58,198 bases of DNA from Aulosira sp. ZfuVER01 (GCA_034530615.2 JAVRCV020000002.1:1-58198), one strand, 5' to 3'; numbered from the stretch's first letter, positions 10,533-21,207 are shown. Notes: generated from the sequence alone by a model not told the origin. Translations and numbers: made by a program.

Positions 10533-11873
10533 TCAGCACTCCTTACTCAAAACTGTTTTTGTCAACCTGCGATAAATGGTTGCCAAAGCATCAGCATCGC
10601 CAACATTACCAGGAAATAATACTACTGGCAACTTGGGAAATTGAGGATGGTCAGAGGGAGTCAAAACCATCGAACAACCAGCTAAAATTTGACCAAGTAA
10701 ACGGGCTGAAGTTAAAGCCAGTCCGGTACTGAGGACATCGTTAGAGGTAATGCCGCCTTTGCTGATTAAGAATCCTATATCAGATGGTAAACCTCGGACA
10801 ATATCCATTAATAAACTAGAAACCTTGATGCCAAACTCTAACCTAGTATTAACATCCTTAAAAGTAAGTTCTTGACGGCTCGTATAAACGACTGGTGTTT
10901 TACCAGCCGCATGTGCCGCTTTTGTACTTTCCAGGATCTCGGTTAGCAGTGTAGCAGATTGATTCGCTGGATCGTTAAGTAATCGGGCAACATTTACTTC
11001 AATTCCGACTGTTCCCGTTTCTTGCAACAATGCTTCTAACTGTTGCGTTGTCTTTTGCACGTGGGAACCAACAATTACAGCACCGGGTTTACCGCCACGT
11101 ACATACTCTGCCATGTTTTCTGCGGCAATCGGTTGGGGAGGTAAGGCGGCTAAAGCTGTTAATATACTAGCTGCACTGCGGAAGAGAAAGCGTTTCCCTC
11201 GACTGGCTGCTGTTAAAATATCTACGGCAAAGGAGTTGAGATCGGCTTGAGTTTCACCATCTACAACAACGCATTGATTACCACTCAGTTGCAATAACCG
11301 TTCTAGAGTACCAGCACGAATATCATCTAGCAAAAATCTTTCAACAGACTCAGCAGGTATTTGTCCTTGAGTTTTTTCTTCTACATACTTGGGCAAATAA
11401 CTGTGATGGTAGCTGAACACTGAATCACGAGCAAACTCAGTTTCATGCACTGGTGTAGGGACACCATCAACAAATAAATAATGTATGCTGTCGCGGGTGA
11501 TGCGTCCCCCTTCAAAAAATGCCGGGACAAGAAAATGAGCATCAAATGGCCCGAGTTCTTGAGCGATCGCATCTGTTTCAATCGGATAATGTCCTCTTAA
11601 GGTCGAATCCGAACGACTCACAACGAGAAAATCTGCAATCCCTTCTGCATCTAAAGCAATTTTCAGGTTACGACAAACTTCTTTGGTAACAGATGCGGCT
11701 GACTCTGGTGGAAGAGCGCGGGTATTTGTCAGAATAAAGAAAATCGGTGAATCATCTTGCAACCCGAGACGTAAAGTTTCCACATCCCAGCGCATCAGCA
11801 GCAAACAGCTGTGGACTGTCTGAGAACCTGTAGGATCGTCATCCAAGACAATAATTTTCGGTTTATTGGTCAT
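10533..11873 (-). CDS. Four-carbon acid sugar kinase family protein (DUF1537/YgbK)
   Basis: IVLDDDPTG, RSDSTLRGH, KGGITS, FPGNVG motifs. Confidence 0.9.
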   Translation of the reverse strand: MTNKPKIIVLDDDPTGSQTVHSCLLLMRWDVETLRLGLQDDSPIFFILTNTRALPPESAASVTKEVCRNLKIALDAEGIADFLVVSRSDSTLRGHYPIETDAIAQELGPFDAHFLVPAFFEGGRITRDSIHYLFVDGVPTPVHETEFARDSVFSYHHSYLPKYVEEKTQGQIPAESVERFLLDDIRAGTLERLLQLSGNQCVVVDGETQADLNSFAVDILTAASRGKRFLFRSAASILTALAALPPQPIAAENMAEYVRGGKPGAVIVGSHVQKTTQQLEALLQETGTVGIEVNVARLLNDPANQSATLLTEILESTKAAHAAGKTPVVYTSRQELTFKDVNTRLEFGIKVSSLLMDIVRGLPSDIGFLISKGGITSNDVLSTGLALTSARLLGQILAGCSMVLTPSDHPQFPKLPVVLFPGNVGDADALATIYRRLTKTVLSKEC

Positions 11874-12535
11874 CGCGGCGACTGTAATTTGCTAATTTCT
11901 GCTTGCACATCCAAGGCAATCTGCAATGATTGATTAAGAAACTGCGCGTATTCACCTGCTTGACTACTAAGTTGCAAGGCTTGGAGATTGGCTAAATTAT
12001 TGACAAATAACTCTTGATTATTAGCAAGCAGTTTTTTATTATCCCGTAAAATTCGTTCGGTTTTCAAAGCGCGAACTAAATCTTCTCTTATTAGTTGTAG
12101 GGCTGAGATGACTTTATCTCGGTCATTGATACTGCTTTGAGCATTCCCAGATGTTGCCAGTTGGTCGTTAATATCTATAGCGTGGATTACAGAATGATAT
12201 TTATCAACTTCATCTAAGAGGATTGTTAACCCTTGAGGACAGGTAAACCGTCGCCAGAGCGATCGCCCAACCACCACACAAATTGGCACTAGAATTAGTA
12301 AAATGATTCCTAATTTAATTGAAGAACCAATTGCTGGCAAAATAATAAAAGCATAAATCCCACCAACAATAATCGGTGTTAACGCCAGTGCTACCAATCC
12401 TTCGTTAATCAAAAACCCTAATCGCTTCTCGCGGTCTGCCATAATAGAGGGTCGAAAAACGTCTTCTGGATCGAATCCAGTCAAACGTCTTAATTCTCCT
12501 TTACTAATTTCCAAACCTAATAAGTCCGGCTGCAC
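11870..12535 (-). CDS. Hypothetical membrane protein (2 TM plus coiled coil)
   Basis: Two hydrophobic segments, then a helical C-terminus; 4-nt overlap with the kinase gene. Confidence 0.8.
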   Translation of the reverse strand: MQPDLLGLEISKGELRRLTGFDPEDVFRPSIMADREKRLGFLINEGLVALALTPIIVGGIYAFIILPAIGSSIKLGIILLILVPICVVVGRSLWRRFTCPQGLTILLDEVDKYHSVIHAIDINDQLATSGNAQSSINDRDKVISALQLIREDLVRALKTERILRDNKKLLANNQELFVNNLANLQALQLSSQAGEYAQFLNQSLQIALDVQAEISKLQSPR

Positions 12536-12674
12536 TGCTGGATACTCCTATGGAAGCGCGAGTTGCGTATTTATTGTAGTCGGGTTTTGCGTGGGAGCGA
12601 TGCTTATCTGGATAACGGTGAGTAAGTTTGAGAATTTAACTGTTTGATTTTTACGTCTTCATTTAGCGATCGCC

Positions 12675-12706
12675 AAAAAAAAGAGGCAGAAAAATTATCC
12701 GCCTCT
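12675..12706 (-). terminator. Probable gdhA terminator
   Basis: AGAGGC.GA stem followed by 8 T on the minus strand. Confidence 0.6.
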
Positions 12707-12726
12707 ATAATTATTTAGTATAAAAA

Positions 12727-14016
12727 TTATGGATAAAGGCCGCGATCGCTCAGTGCTTGAGCAACTCTACCTACGCCTAGGGTATAAGCTGCTAAACGCA
12801 GAGTCATTTGCCGTGCTTTGGAATGTTCAATTACTTGACGGTAAGCTTGCACCATCAAATGTTCCATTTCGCGGTTCACCCGTTCTTCATCCCAGAACAA
12901 ATAAGAAAGTCCTTGTACCCACTCTAAATAACTAACTACAACACCACCAGCATTCGCCAAAATATCTGGTAGCACTATTACACCCCGCGCCTCTAGTGAC
13001 TCGCTAGCTTGCAGTGTTACTGGTCCGTTAGCTGCTTCTGCGACAATATGCGCTTGCACCTGATTCACATTCTCTTCAGTGATTTGGTTTTCCAAAGCTG
13101 CGGGAATCAAAACATCGCAGGGTAAAGTTAGCAAATCTGCATTGCTAATTGGTACTGTCTGCGGGAAGCCTAAAACACTTCTGTGGTTTTTAGCGGTGTA
13201 AGCTTTCAAAGCTGGAATATCTAAACCAGTTTCGCAATATATTCCCCCTGCACTGGTAGAGACAGCGATGATGATTGCTCCTGCTTCGTATAGCAATTCT
13301 GCTGCTGCCATACCAACATTTCCGAAACCTTGAATTGCTACTCGCACACCCACCAGGGATTTACCTTCATCTGCGAGTGCTTCACGGACAATAATCATCG
13401 TACCGCGGCCAGTTGCCATTTCCCTTCCCCTGGAACCACCAACTGAAATCGGTTTACCAGTCACAACTCCTGGTACAGCATGGCCAACGTTGACTGAATA
13501 AGTGTCCATCATCCACGCCATCTCACGGGCAGAAGTTCCTACATCTGGTGCAGGTATGTCTACTGATGGGCCAATATCTTTAATTAATTCGCTGGTGTAA
13601 CGGCGGGTAATTCGTTCTAATTCACCGACGCTGTAATACTTTGGATCTATAGCAATACCGCCTTTTGCACCACCGTAGGGAATACCTAACAGCGCACATT
13701 TCCAAGTCATCAGCATTGCTAGGGCAGAGACTTCCCGCAGTGTTACAGCCGGATGGTAACGAGTTCCACCTTTGTAGGGGCCTAAAATATCAGAGTGTTG
13801 CACCCGGTGTCCTGCTAATACCCGTATTTCCCCATTATCCATTTTTACGGGAATGGAAACTGTCACTACCTTACGTGGATGGCTGAGAATTTCTAAAATT
13901 CCTTGATCTAATTTTAATTCTTTAGCTGCTGCTTCTAGGTAGCTACAGGCTTGATCGAATGGACAAATATGCGCTGGACTAGCAGGTTCCAGCGGCCGTA
14001 CAGGTGTTGCAACCAT
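12727..14016 (-). CDS. gdhA: Glutamate dehydrogenase (Glu/Leu/Phe/Val dehydrogenase family)
   Basis: GPYKGGTRY, GGAKGG, DIPAPDVGT, QGFGNVG, NAGGVVVSYLEW. Confidence 0.95.
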   Translation of the reverse strand: MVATPVRPLEPASPAHICPFDQACSYLEAAAKELKLDQGILEILSHPRKVVTVSIPVKMDNGEIRVLAGHRVQHSDILGPYKGGTRYHPAVTLREVSALAMLMTWKCALLGIPYGGAKGGIAIDPKYYSVGELERITRRYTSELIKDIGPSVDIPAPDVGTSAREMAWMMDTYSVNVGHAVPGVVTGKPISVGGSRGREMATGRGTMIIVREALADEGKSLVGVRVAIQGFGNVGMAAAELLYEAGAIIIAVSTSAGGIYCETGLDIPALKAYTAKNHRSVLGFPQTVPISNADLLTLPCDVLIPAALENQITEENVNQVQAHIVAEAANGPVTLQASESLEARGVIVLPDILANAGGVVVSYLEWVQGLSYLFWDEERVNREMEHLMVQAYRQVIEHSKARQMTLRLAAYTLGVGRVAQALSDRGLYP

Positions 14017-14102
14017 AAAATTTTCTCCTAATCGCGGTATCTTTGCGAACCGGATACATATATGCCTAGCTTATCCTGTATTTTAAAGAAAAGTGGAGTT
14101 TT

Positions 14103-14118
14103 TGTAGTTTTTGTTACA
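14103..14118 (-). promoter_or_regulatory. NtcA-binding site upstream of gdhA
   Basis: Perfect TGTA-N8-TACA (minus strand TGTAACAAAAACTACA) 87 nt upstream of the start. Candidate -10 TAAAAT at 14085-14080. Confidence 0.7.
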
Positions 14119-14623
14119 ATTTTATTTTTATTATCTGATATATAGCAATTGGTCATACCTGTTCTGAAAATTACAGAAAGCCTACGAATTTCAGGATGCA
14201 TCTGGTGAATGGTAGGTCTGAACCCTCAATGCTAATGCAGATCGCAGCCTGAAAGCCTGGGGCTATTGATAGCTGTTTCCATAACAGAATTCAGATAAAA
14301 AGTAATTATTTTTATTAATTTTTAGATACATTTTCAGCAGTAAAATTTCAACAATTGATTGAAACATAACTAAATTATATTTACATAACTAGCTGTTTTT
14401 ATTAATGCTTTTTGGATAGAATCTTAATAAAGACAGATAAATTTGCTAACAAAAAATGTGACTGTTTAAGAAAACGATAGTAGTTCTAATAACTCATAGC
14501 AATGATTAGGATTTTAAGATAGTAATCTGATTTAATACAGATAAATTACTGACGCAGGCGTAGCTTTATATAAAAGTTTAAATTGATTAAAAAAATCTAT
14601 TTATCTCATTGAAATTTAGCTAG

Positions 14624-14812
14624 ATAAGACTCATATTTGATTTGTAGAAACAACTAATTACACTGTTATTTATTCTTCCCCTTCGAGTTCGCCACTTTGC
14701 CGTCGTGACGGGAACCGCCCGCCGAAGGATGCCCGAAGGGCTGTAGACGGCAATTGGTCTCACCTGTTCCCTCCCTAAGCAAATAATTTCAGGAATCAAA
14801 GCGGATTCCTAT
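14624..14812. mobile_element. MITE-like element with nested GC-rich small repeats
   Basis: Imperfect TIRs ATAAGACTCATATTTGATT / AATCAAAGCGGATTCCTAT, similar to the ends at 38331-38441. GC-rich insert at about 14684-14764 in AT-rich DNA. Confidence 0.55.
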
Positions 14813-14909
14813 CTCTCACTTTTCCAGCCATATCCACGCTAAATCAATTCAGAATTTTCATAGATGTTTTACTATAAATATACTGCCCCACTCTGTAAGT
14901 TTTGATGTT

Positions 14910-16250
14910 ATGAAAACTAGTATTACTGAACTGAACAACACCCTACCTTTACCTCCTGGCAGCTTCGGGTTGCCATTAATTGGGGAAACGATTAGTTTTT
15001 TACGCGATCCGGACTTTGCTAATCAGCGGCAAAAAAAATATGGATCAATCTTCAAAACCCATCTGTTTGGAAGTCCGGCAATAGTGATGATCGGATCTGA
15101 TGCTAATCGCTTTTTATTAACTAATGAAAACCAATATTTTTCAATCAGCTGGCCAGATAGCACTAAAACTTTGTTAGGGCCAGCGTCTCTTGCTGTACAG
15201 ACAGGTGGTATACATCAAAAGCGACGCAAGCTGTTATCGCAAGCCTTTCAACCTAGGGCGCTAGCAGGATATGTCAGCAAAATGGAGGAGATTACCTGCA
15301 CTTATCTGCACAAATGGGAAAGTATGGGTAAATTAACCTGGTATCCGGAACTAAGAAAGTATACCTTTGATGTCGCTTGTAAGTTGCTTATAGGAACAGA
15401 TGCAGCGGCTGATAGCCGTTTTGGGGATTTATTTGAGGAATATTCTCAGGGTCTATTTACTATTCCTGTAAACTTACCTTGGACTAAATTTGGTCGGGCG
15501 TTGCGTTATCGCCAGCAGCTACTACTGAAAATTGAAGAAATCATACTTCAACGTCAACAACAACCTGATTCCTATGAAGATGCTTTGGGGGTGCTTTTAC
15601 AAGCACGGGATGAAGAAGGTAATAGCTTGAGCTTGCAAGAACTGAAAGACCAAGTGCTATTATTACTTTTTGCTGGTCATGAGACATTGACATCAGCGAT
15701 CGCTTCCCTATGTCTCCTATTAGTGCAGAATCCCGCAGTTTTGGCACAAGCCCGTTTAGAACAACAGCAATTGGCTTTTGAGGAACCGCTGACGATGGCA
15801 CATTTACAACAGATGAACTATCTCGACCAAGTACTAAAGGAAGTACTGCGCGTAATTCCTCCAGTAGGTGGCGGTTTCCGGGAAGTGACTCGATCGTGTG
15901 AGTTCAATGGCTGGCGTATTCCTCAAGGCTGGACTGTCCTTTACCAGATAGGAAGAACACATAAAGATAGCAGTATTTATTCTGAGCCAGAACAATTTAA
16001 TCCACAGCGTTTTGCACCAGAACAGGCAGAGGACAAACCCAAACCATTTAGCCATATCCCATTTGGTGGTGGAGTACGGGAATGTATTGGCAAGGAGTTT
16101 GCCAAGCTGGAAATGAAGCTATTCGCCGCACTCTTAATCCGTGGGTATAATTGGGAACCATTACCAGAACAAAACCTAGATTTGGTAATGATGCCCACAC
16201 CTCACCCTCGTGATGGTTTCAAGGTAAGTTTTCGCCGCATCAACACTTAA
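14910..16250 (+). CDS. Cytochrome P450, CYP120-like
   Basis: LPPGSFGLPLIGET, LFAGHETL (I-helix), EVLR (ExxR), FGGGVRECIG (heme Cys). Confidence 0.9.
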   Translation: MKTSITELNNTLPLPPGSFGLPLIGETISFLRDPDFANQRQKKYGSIFKTHLFGSPAIVMIGSDANRFLLTNENQYFSISWPDSTKTLLGPASLAVQTGGIHQKRRKLLSQAFQPRALAGYVSKMEEITCTYLHKWESMGKLTWYPELRKYTFDVACKLLIGTDAAADSRFGDLFEEYSQGLFTIPVNLPWTKFGRALRYRQQLLLKIEEIILQRQQQPDSYEDALGVLLQARDEEGNSLSLQELKDQVLLLLFAGHETLTSAIASLCLLLVQNPAVLAQARLEQQQLAFEEPLTMAHLQQMNYLDQVLKEVLRVIPPVGGGFREVTRSCEFNGWRIPQGWTVLYQIGRTHKDSSIYSEPEQFNPQRFAPEQAEDKPKPFSHIPFGGGVRECIGKEFAKLEMKLFAALLIRGYNWEPLPEQNLDLVMMPTPHPRDGFKVSFRRINT

Positions 16251-16252
16251 GC

Positions 16253-17746
16253 TCATACAAAAAGCTCAGGAGTGAAACTACCGTGCAGACCGTAGGGTAT
16301 ATGATGCTGGAGATGCAAACGAGCGATCGCTCCTTTATTTAAATCGCTGGCATCTAAAATCACTACATCTGAGCGATGGTGAGCCGCATCATAAACTAAA
16401 GCCAGCACCCAACCGTCGTCTTCCTTTTGCGAACCTGGACGGGGGACAAAAATCGGCTCACCCATAAAACCACGGGGTGCTGCACTCCAAAGTTGTCTTT
16501 CTCCGGAATCTAAATCAATTTTCAAAATCGCTTGCAAAGGAGCATTCCCAGCCTCTCCATGAGTTGCACCTATATAGGTGTAACGATATGGGTGTCCCAC
16601 ATTATTTGGATGAATGCTGGGAAACTCACAACAACGGCTTTCAATTAACTCTTTTTCTACTATCCCATCCTTAAGGTTGAGATCGAATCGCCATAGTTGT
16701 CCCGGTGAACCAGCCTCGAAATTAACTTGGCGAAAATCACTTTCCGGTTCTACTTCTGGTAAGGATTCGTAGCAAATGGAGTCAATGACAATTTCACCCC
16801 CAACTTCAAAAGCGTTGACGTGATGAAAGACAAAACCAGATTGGGTTTCCAGAATTTTGACCTCTGCTTTTCCAGCGTTGGGGGTGCGGGGGATAACTAT
16901 AATCCGAGTTGGCTGATTTGGGTTAAATTTAATACATTCCCCAGCTGCACGGATTCCCAAAGCCAAAGGTATGGGATTGAAGCTGACAGGATTTTGAAAG
17001 AAGATGCAGTAATTAGGAGTGATGACAAAATCGTGAATAAAGCAAAAACCAGGAACACTATGTGCGTGCTTTCTGATAATTTGTCCTGCTGGATTTAGTT
17101 CAAAAATCGTAATTTTAGTAGACAGTCCTGGCTGAATAGAAAAATTGACCAAGCAAGGTGCGCCATTATCTTGCTTGCAACTAGGGTCGAGGCGGGGGTG
17201 AGCGCTAAAAGCTTCACCTGTGGATAAAACACCGTTAAAATATTCCCTTCCCAAGGTTTCTAAGGTGTAAGGGTCGAGGCGATAAGGTTCAGCGGCTTCC
17301 CAAAGTGCCAAAAGTTTACTACCCCAGTAGATGACGTTGGTGTTAGCAATATGTTTAATTTTGAAGTCGAAGAGATTAGCTAACCAACCACCAGGTTTTT
17401 GTGTGCCAAATACTCCGCGATAGAGGATTTTTCCAGCTTTTTGTTCTTCTACATAGCCCTCAGTCCGGACAAAGCGATTGCGGAAATGGGCACGACCATT
17501 AACAAAGCTGATGCGGCTAATCATCCCATCACCATCAAAGGGGTGATGAATGCGTTGACCATTGATATCTAATAAACCAGGGCCGTTTCTAAACAGCGTA
17601 CCTTGTAGTTCTCTGGGAATTTGTCCTTCTATATCATCAATCCAATAATCAAATTCTTGATATAGAGATTCGTATCCTCCTTGCCAATCAGTGCGATTGT
17701 AAGATTTTTCTAAAATTGCGTTTTCTTGAATTTTTGAACTCTGCAT
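16253..17746 (-). CDS. Apocarotenoid-15,15'-oxygenase-like carotenoid cleavage oxygenase (RPE65 family)
   Basis: RNGPG, HPFDGDGM, four Fe-ligand His (SAHP, IHDF, VFHH, GLHG); N-terminal SYxxxDWxxGY typical of cyanobacterial ACO. Confidence 0.9.
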   Translation of the reverse strand: MQSSKIQENAILEKSYNRTDWQGGYESLYQEFDYWIDDIEGQIPRELQGTLFRNGPGLLDINGQRIHHPFDGDGMISRISFVNGRAHFRNRFVRTEGYVEEQKAGKILYRGVFGTQKPGGWLANLFDFKIKHIANTNVIYWGSKLLALWEAAEPYRLDPYTLETLGREYFNGVLSTGEAFSAHPRLDPSCKQDNGAPCLVNFSIQPGLSTKITIFELNPAGQIIRKHAHSVPGFCFIHDFVITPNYCIFFQNPVSFNPIPLALGIRAAGECIKFNPNQPTRIIVIPRTPNAGKAEVKILETQSGFVFHHVNAFEVGGEIVIDSICYESLPEVEPESDFRQVNFEAGSPGQLWRFDLNLKDGIVEKELIESRCCEFPSIHPNNVGHPYRYTYIGATHGEAGNAPLQAILKIDLDSGERQLWSAAPRGFMGEPIFVPRPGSQKEDDGWVLALVYDAAHHRSDVVILDASDLNKGAIARLHLQHHIPYGLHGSFTPELFV

Positions 17747-17943
17747 ATCTTTTATATCCTTTTGTTATCTTGCGCAAAGACAAAAAGTTATTTCGCCAAA
17801 TCACAAGTGATTGGTGTGTACTGACGCGGAAAGTAAAAATAAATTTCACCGCGTCTTTGCGTTCCCATTTCAGCCTCAACCCGTCAATAATTTGGGTGGT
17901 TAGTACTTTTCGTTTTTAGCTCTTTGGGCAAAATAATTTTTTA

Positions 17944-19374
17944 TTAACGACTTTGGATTTGGCTGCTTGTCACTTCAACTTCAGATATCAACTCAGGCAA
18001 TAACGCCTCACCTGTATTTGCTGAGACTGGTTGCAATGATGAAATCTGAGTTTGTTCTTCCGGCGCTGGTAGCCAGCTAAGAAATGGCAGTGGTAACAAT
18101 GTGCTGAGGTTAGTAATTATTACTAGAAGCCACAGCAATTCAAAGTTAGTTTCAGTGATTCCCAACCAATGCATAATAATTGCCCCAAATTCATAGGCAA
18201 CCATTCCTGCTAGGTTAGATACTGACATTAACAAAGCAAATAATGTCGCTTCCACTCCCGGAGGGCATATTCTGGCTGCTAGCACCAGTACTGGCATATA
18301 TGCAATTTGGCCCATGACAGTGAGAACCAAGCTATCACCTAAACTAAACCAGTGGTCATCTATACCTAAAGACCGATTGGTGTGAGTGACTAATAGCAGC
18401 ATCGTCATTCCTAAGGCTGCGGAAATAACTGTACTCCAACCAAAGATGACGCGAAAAGGTACAGTTTTAAGAAACCGCTGAAAAATCCAAATGCCCACTA
18501 AAGAAGCCAGATTGGTTACGAGGCGCACCCGTCCCAAAAATTCTGGTGCAAAGTGCAATTCGTTGGTAGTGAAAAAGAAAAAGGCTGCGTCAGCGGTTGG
18601 GGTAGCTTGCCAAAGGAAAACAAATGCTGTTGGTAGCCAGATTGCTTTCTGAGTAACGGCTTGGCGGAGTTGTCCTAGTTGATGCTTGACGCTTAAAAGA
18701 CTGTTGTGAGGAGAATCTTGAGTATCTTGATTAACAGGAGACTCGGCAATTAACCAAGCTACAGATGAAACTAACAGGGGAAATAGGGCGGTAATACCAA
18801 ATACAGTATGTGTGGAAAAATGTTCTAGCAGCCACCCACTTAAATAAGCTGTGAGTAAACCCCCAACTGCGGAAGCACCCCAGCAAATAGATTGTAGCGA
18901 ACCTGCATCTGCCTGGGATTCTGCTCTTGCCCGTTCAACCACAAGGGAGTCAACGATGACATCGCTGACTGCAACTGAGAGTGAACCCAGTGCGATCGCA
19001 CAAGTAGCTGCCCAGGTAGTATGAACTATTGTTGCCAGACTTACCCAAGAAACGGTTCCCAATATTCCCGATAAAATCAGATATGGACGCCTGCGATAAC
19101 CAAATATGGGCAAGCCATCAGAGATAAAGCCAAATACTGGCTTGATAATCCAAGGTAAGGCGACTATACCCAATAGTGCCGATACCTGTGTCGGACTCAG
19201 CAACAGTTCATCTTTCAAAAAAAAGCTGACGGCTAGACGCGCCAACCCTAAGATGCCTTGGACAAAGTAAACGGTAAGAATTGCGATTAACTCGGCATTA
19301 GGTTCATGACCGAAGAAAATTTTTTCTGTTACTGAGTCTTTGACCTTGGACAAGCCAGAGGAGTGAATCAGCAT
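17944..19374 (-). CDS. Folate/biopterin transporter (BT1 family MFS)
   Basis: PWIIKPVFGFISDGLPIFGYRRRPY, CPPGVEATLFALLMS; about 12 TM segments. Confidence 0.93.
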   Translation of the reverse strand: MLIHSSGLSKVKDSVTEKIFFGHEPNAELIAILTVYFVQGILGLARLAVSFFLKDELLLSPTQVSALLGIVALPWIIKPVFGFISDGLPIFGYRRRPYLILSGILGTVSWVSLATIVHTTWAATCAIALGSLSVAVSDVIVDSLVVERARAESQADAGSLQSICWGASAVGGLLTAYLSGWLLEHFSTHTVFGITALFPLLVSSVAWLIAESPVNQDTQDSPHNSLLSVKHQLGQLRQAVTQKAIWLPTAFVFLWQATPTADAAFFFFTTNELHFAPEFLGRVRLVTNLASLVGIWIFQRFLKTVPFRVIFGWSTVISAALGMTMLLLVTHTNRSLGIDDHWFSLGDSLVLTVMGQIAYMPVLVLAARICPPGVEATLFALLMSVSNLAGMVAYEFGAIIMHWLGITETNFELLWLLVIITNLSTLLPLPFLSWLPAPEEQTQISSLQPVSANTGEALLPELISEVEVTSSQIQSR

Positions 19375-19517
19375 TTGATGAATATTTTTTAAGTTTTATC
19401 TACTTTTCTATCATATCTATTTCTGTCAGGAGGCGGTAGAAAGCAGAGCGATCGCTTGTTTAGTGAAAAGCACTCTAACAACAGATGGCTTTAATGTCCA
19501 GTGAATTGTACAACTTC

Positions 19518-20150
19518 TTACCTTGCGACTAGTCTAGCGATTTGGTTACGGGCATTGGCGATCGCATCTGCCAACTTTTGTCCGCCAGACTCATCATTTT
19601 CAACATCAATAAACGCGATATCAGTAATGCCTATAAATCCAAAGACTGTTGCTAGGTAAGGGGTTTGATAATTCAGATTTTCGTATTGCCCGCCCGCTCC
19701 AAAGCCAGAACCCTCTCGTGCGGCAATGATAAACATTTTCTTACCCAAAACCAAACCTTTGTAAGGGTTTGCAACATCCTCTGGCTCAAATACAAACGTT
19801 CGCCTCGGACGCACAATTTGGTCAATATAAGCCTTGAGGGTACTGGGAATGCTGAAATTGTACATGGGAACACCGATGACGTAGACATCAGCTGCTAAGA
19901 ATTCGTCCACTAGGCGATCGCTGGTATGAATTGCATCCCAAAGTTCGGGTGTGCGTTGCTCTAGGGGCGTATAAGCTGCGGCAATCCAAGGTTCGTCAAC
20001 ATGAGGAACTGGATTGCGGCCGATATCTCGATAGGTCACGATATCAGTAGGATGAGTCTGCTTCCAAGCCTCAACAAATTCTCTTGTAAGTCTGCGAGAG
20101 TGCGATCGCTCTCCTCTGGGGCTAGAATCAATGTGTAATAAATGTGCCAT
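19518..20150 (-). CDS. azoR: FMN-dependent NADH-azoreductase/quinone reductase
   Basis: IDSSPRGERSHSR, PMYNFSIPSTLKAYID. Confidence 0.9.
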   Translation of the reverse strand: MAHLLHIDSSPRGERSHSRRLTREFVEAWKQTHPTDIVTYRDIGRNPVPHVDEPWIAAAYTPLEQRTPELWDAIHTSDRLVDEFLAADVYVIGVPMYNFSIPSTLKAYIDQIVRPRRTFVFEPEDVANPYKGLVLGKKMFIIAAREGSGFGAGGQYENLNYQTPYLATVFGFIGITDIAFIDVENDESGGQKLADAIANARNQIARLVAR

Positions 20151-20312
20151 AGCGCCTCCTGTGTAATTACCCTTTCAGCTTAGGCAAACCAACAGTGTTC
20201 AGCTATTTAAATCCTGTGCAATTGTCAAAATCTTGCGGTCAGTTTTGTGACTTCTGGGCAAGAGCGATTGCAAAGTGAATACAATCGAAACTAGACGAAT
20301 TGGGCTTGCCTC

Positions 20313-21185
20313 ATGAAGACTCCAGCCATGCATCAGACTGAAACAAGCTACTTGCCAATCTTGTCCAGCCAAAACCAAGGTTGGGAAAATATTGTGGTCG
20401 AGCAATTCCAACAGTCTCCAGGGGAGGCAAGTTGTCATTACAGCGATGAACAGACAATTTATCTGTCTCTTGCCTCCCGTCCTATTCGCTTGTTGCAAAT
20501 TCAAGGAGGTAAAACCTACTCCGGGCTATACGGAAAAGGTGACATTTCGATAACGCCTGCAAAAACCCCGTTTTTTGCTCGTTGGGATGGAGATGACAGC
20601 TACTTGCAGATTCGGATTGCATCTCGTTTCATCCAAAGAGTTGCTAGAGAAGCCCTAGCCATGAATCCCGATCGGCTGGAATTACTCCCCGAATTTCGGA
20701 CTCGCGATCCTCAGATTGAGGCGATTGGCATGATGCTGTTCTCTGAACTCAAACAAGAAAATTTAGGCAGCAGGCTTTACATTGAGTCACTAGCAAATGT
20801 CTTGGCAGTACATTTGCTTAGGCAATACTCTGCTGCCAAACCTCGTCTGGCAATTTACGAGGGGGGATTACCCCAGCGCCAACTTCTGCAAGTGTTGGAG
20901 TACATCAACGAACATCTGAATCAAGATATCAAGCTTGCAGATTTAGCGGCATTGCTAGGCATGAGTCAATTTCATTTCAGCCATCTGTTTAAGCAATCGA
21001 TGGGTACGGCGCCCTACCAATACTTACTCCAGCAACGGATAGAACGAGCCAAGCAGTTGTTGAAACAAACAGAGCGATCGATTATGGACATTGCCTTAGA
21101 GTGTGGGTTCAACAGCCACAGCCATTTGAGCAAACAGTTTCGGCAATTTACAGGCATGACACCAACTGCTTACAGGGTGAAATGA
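20313..21185 (+). CDS. AraC family transcriptional regulator, divergent from azoR
   Basis: C-terminal HTH pair: FSHLFKQSMG...IALECGFNSHSHLSKQFRQFTGMTP. Confidence 0.95.
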   Translation: MKTPAMHQTETSYLPILSSQNQGWENIVVEQFQQSPGEASCHYSDEQTIYLSLASRPIRLLQIQGGKTYSGLYGKGDISITPAKTPFFARWDGDDSYLQIRIASRFIQRVAREALAMNPDRLELLPEFRTRDPQIEAIGMMLFSELKQENLGSRLYIESLANVLAVHLLRQYSAAKPRLAIYEGGLPQRQLLQVLEYINEHLNQDIKLADLAALLGMSQFHFSHLFKQSMGTAPYQYLLQQRIERAKQLLKQTERSIMDIALECGFNSHSHLSKQFRQFTGMTPTAYRVK

Positions 21186-21207
21186 ACAGCCTTTCTAAGA
21201 ATCAAAA

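Noticed and set aside
20199..20504. 101-aa minus-strand ORF and similar antisense ORFs inside minD, glgX, the EthD genes and CHAT
   Set aside because: Shadows of well-supported genes on the opposite strand.
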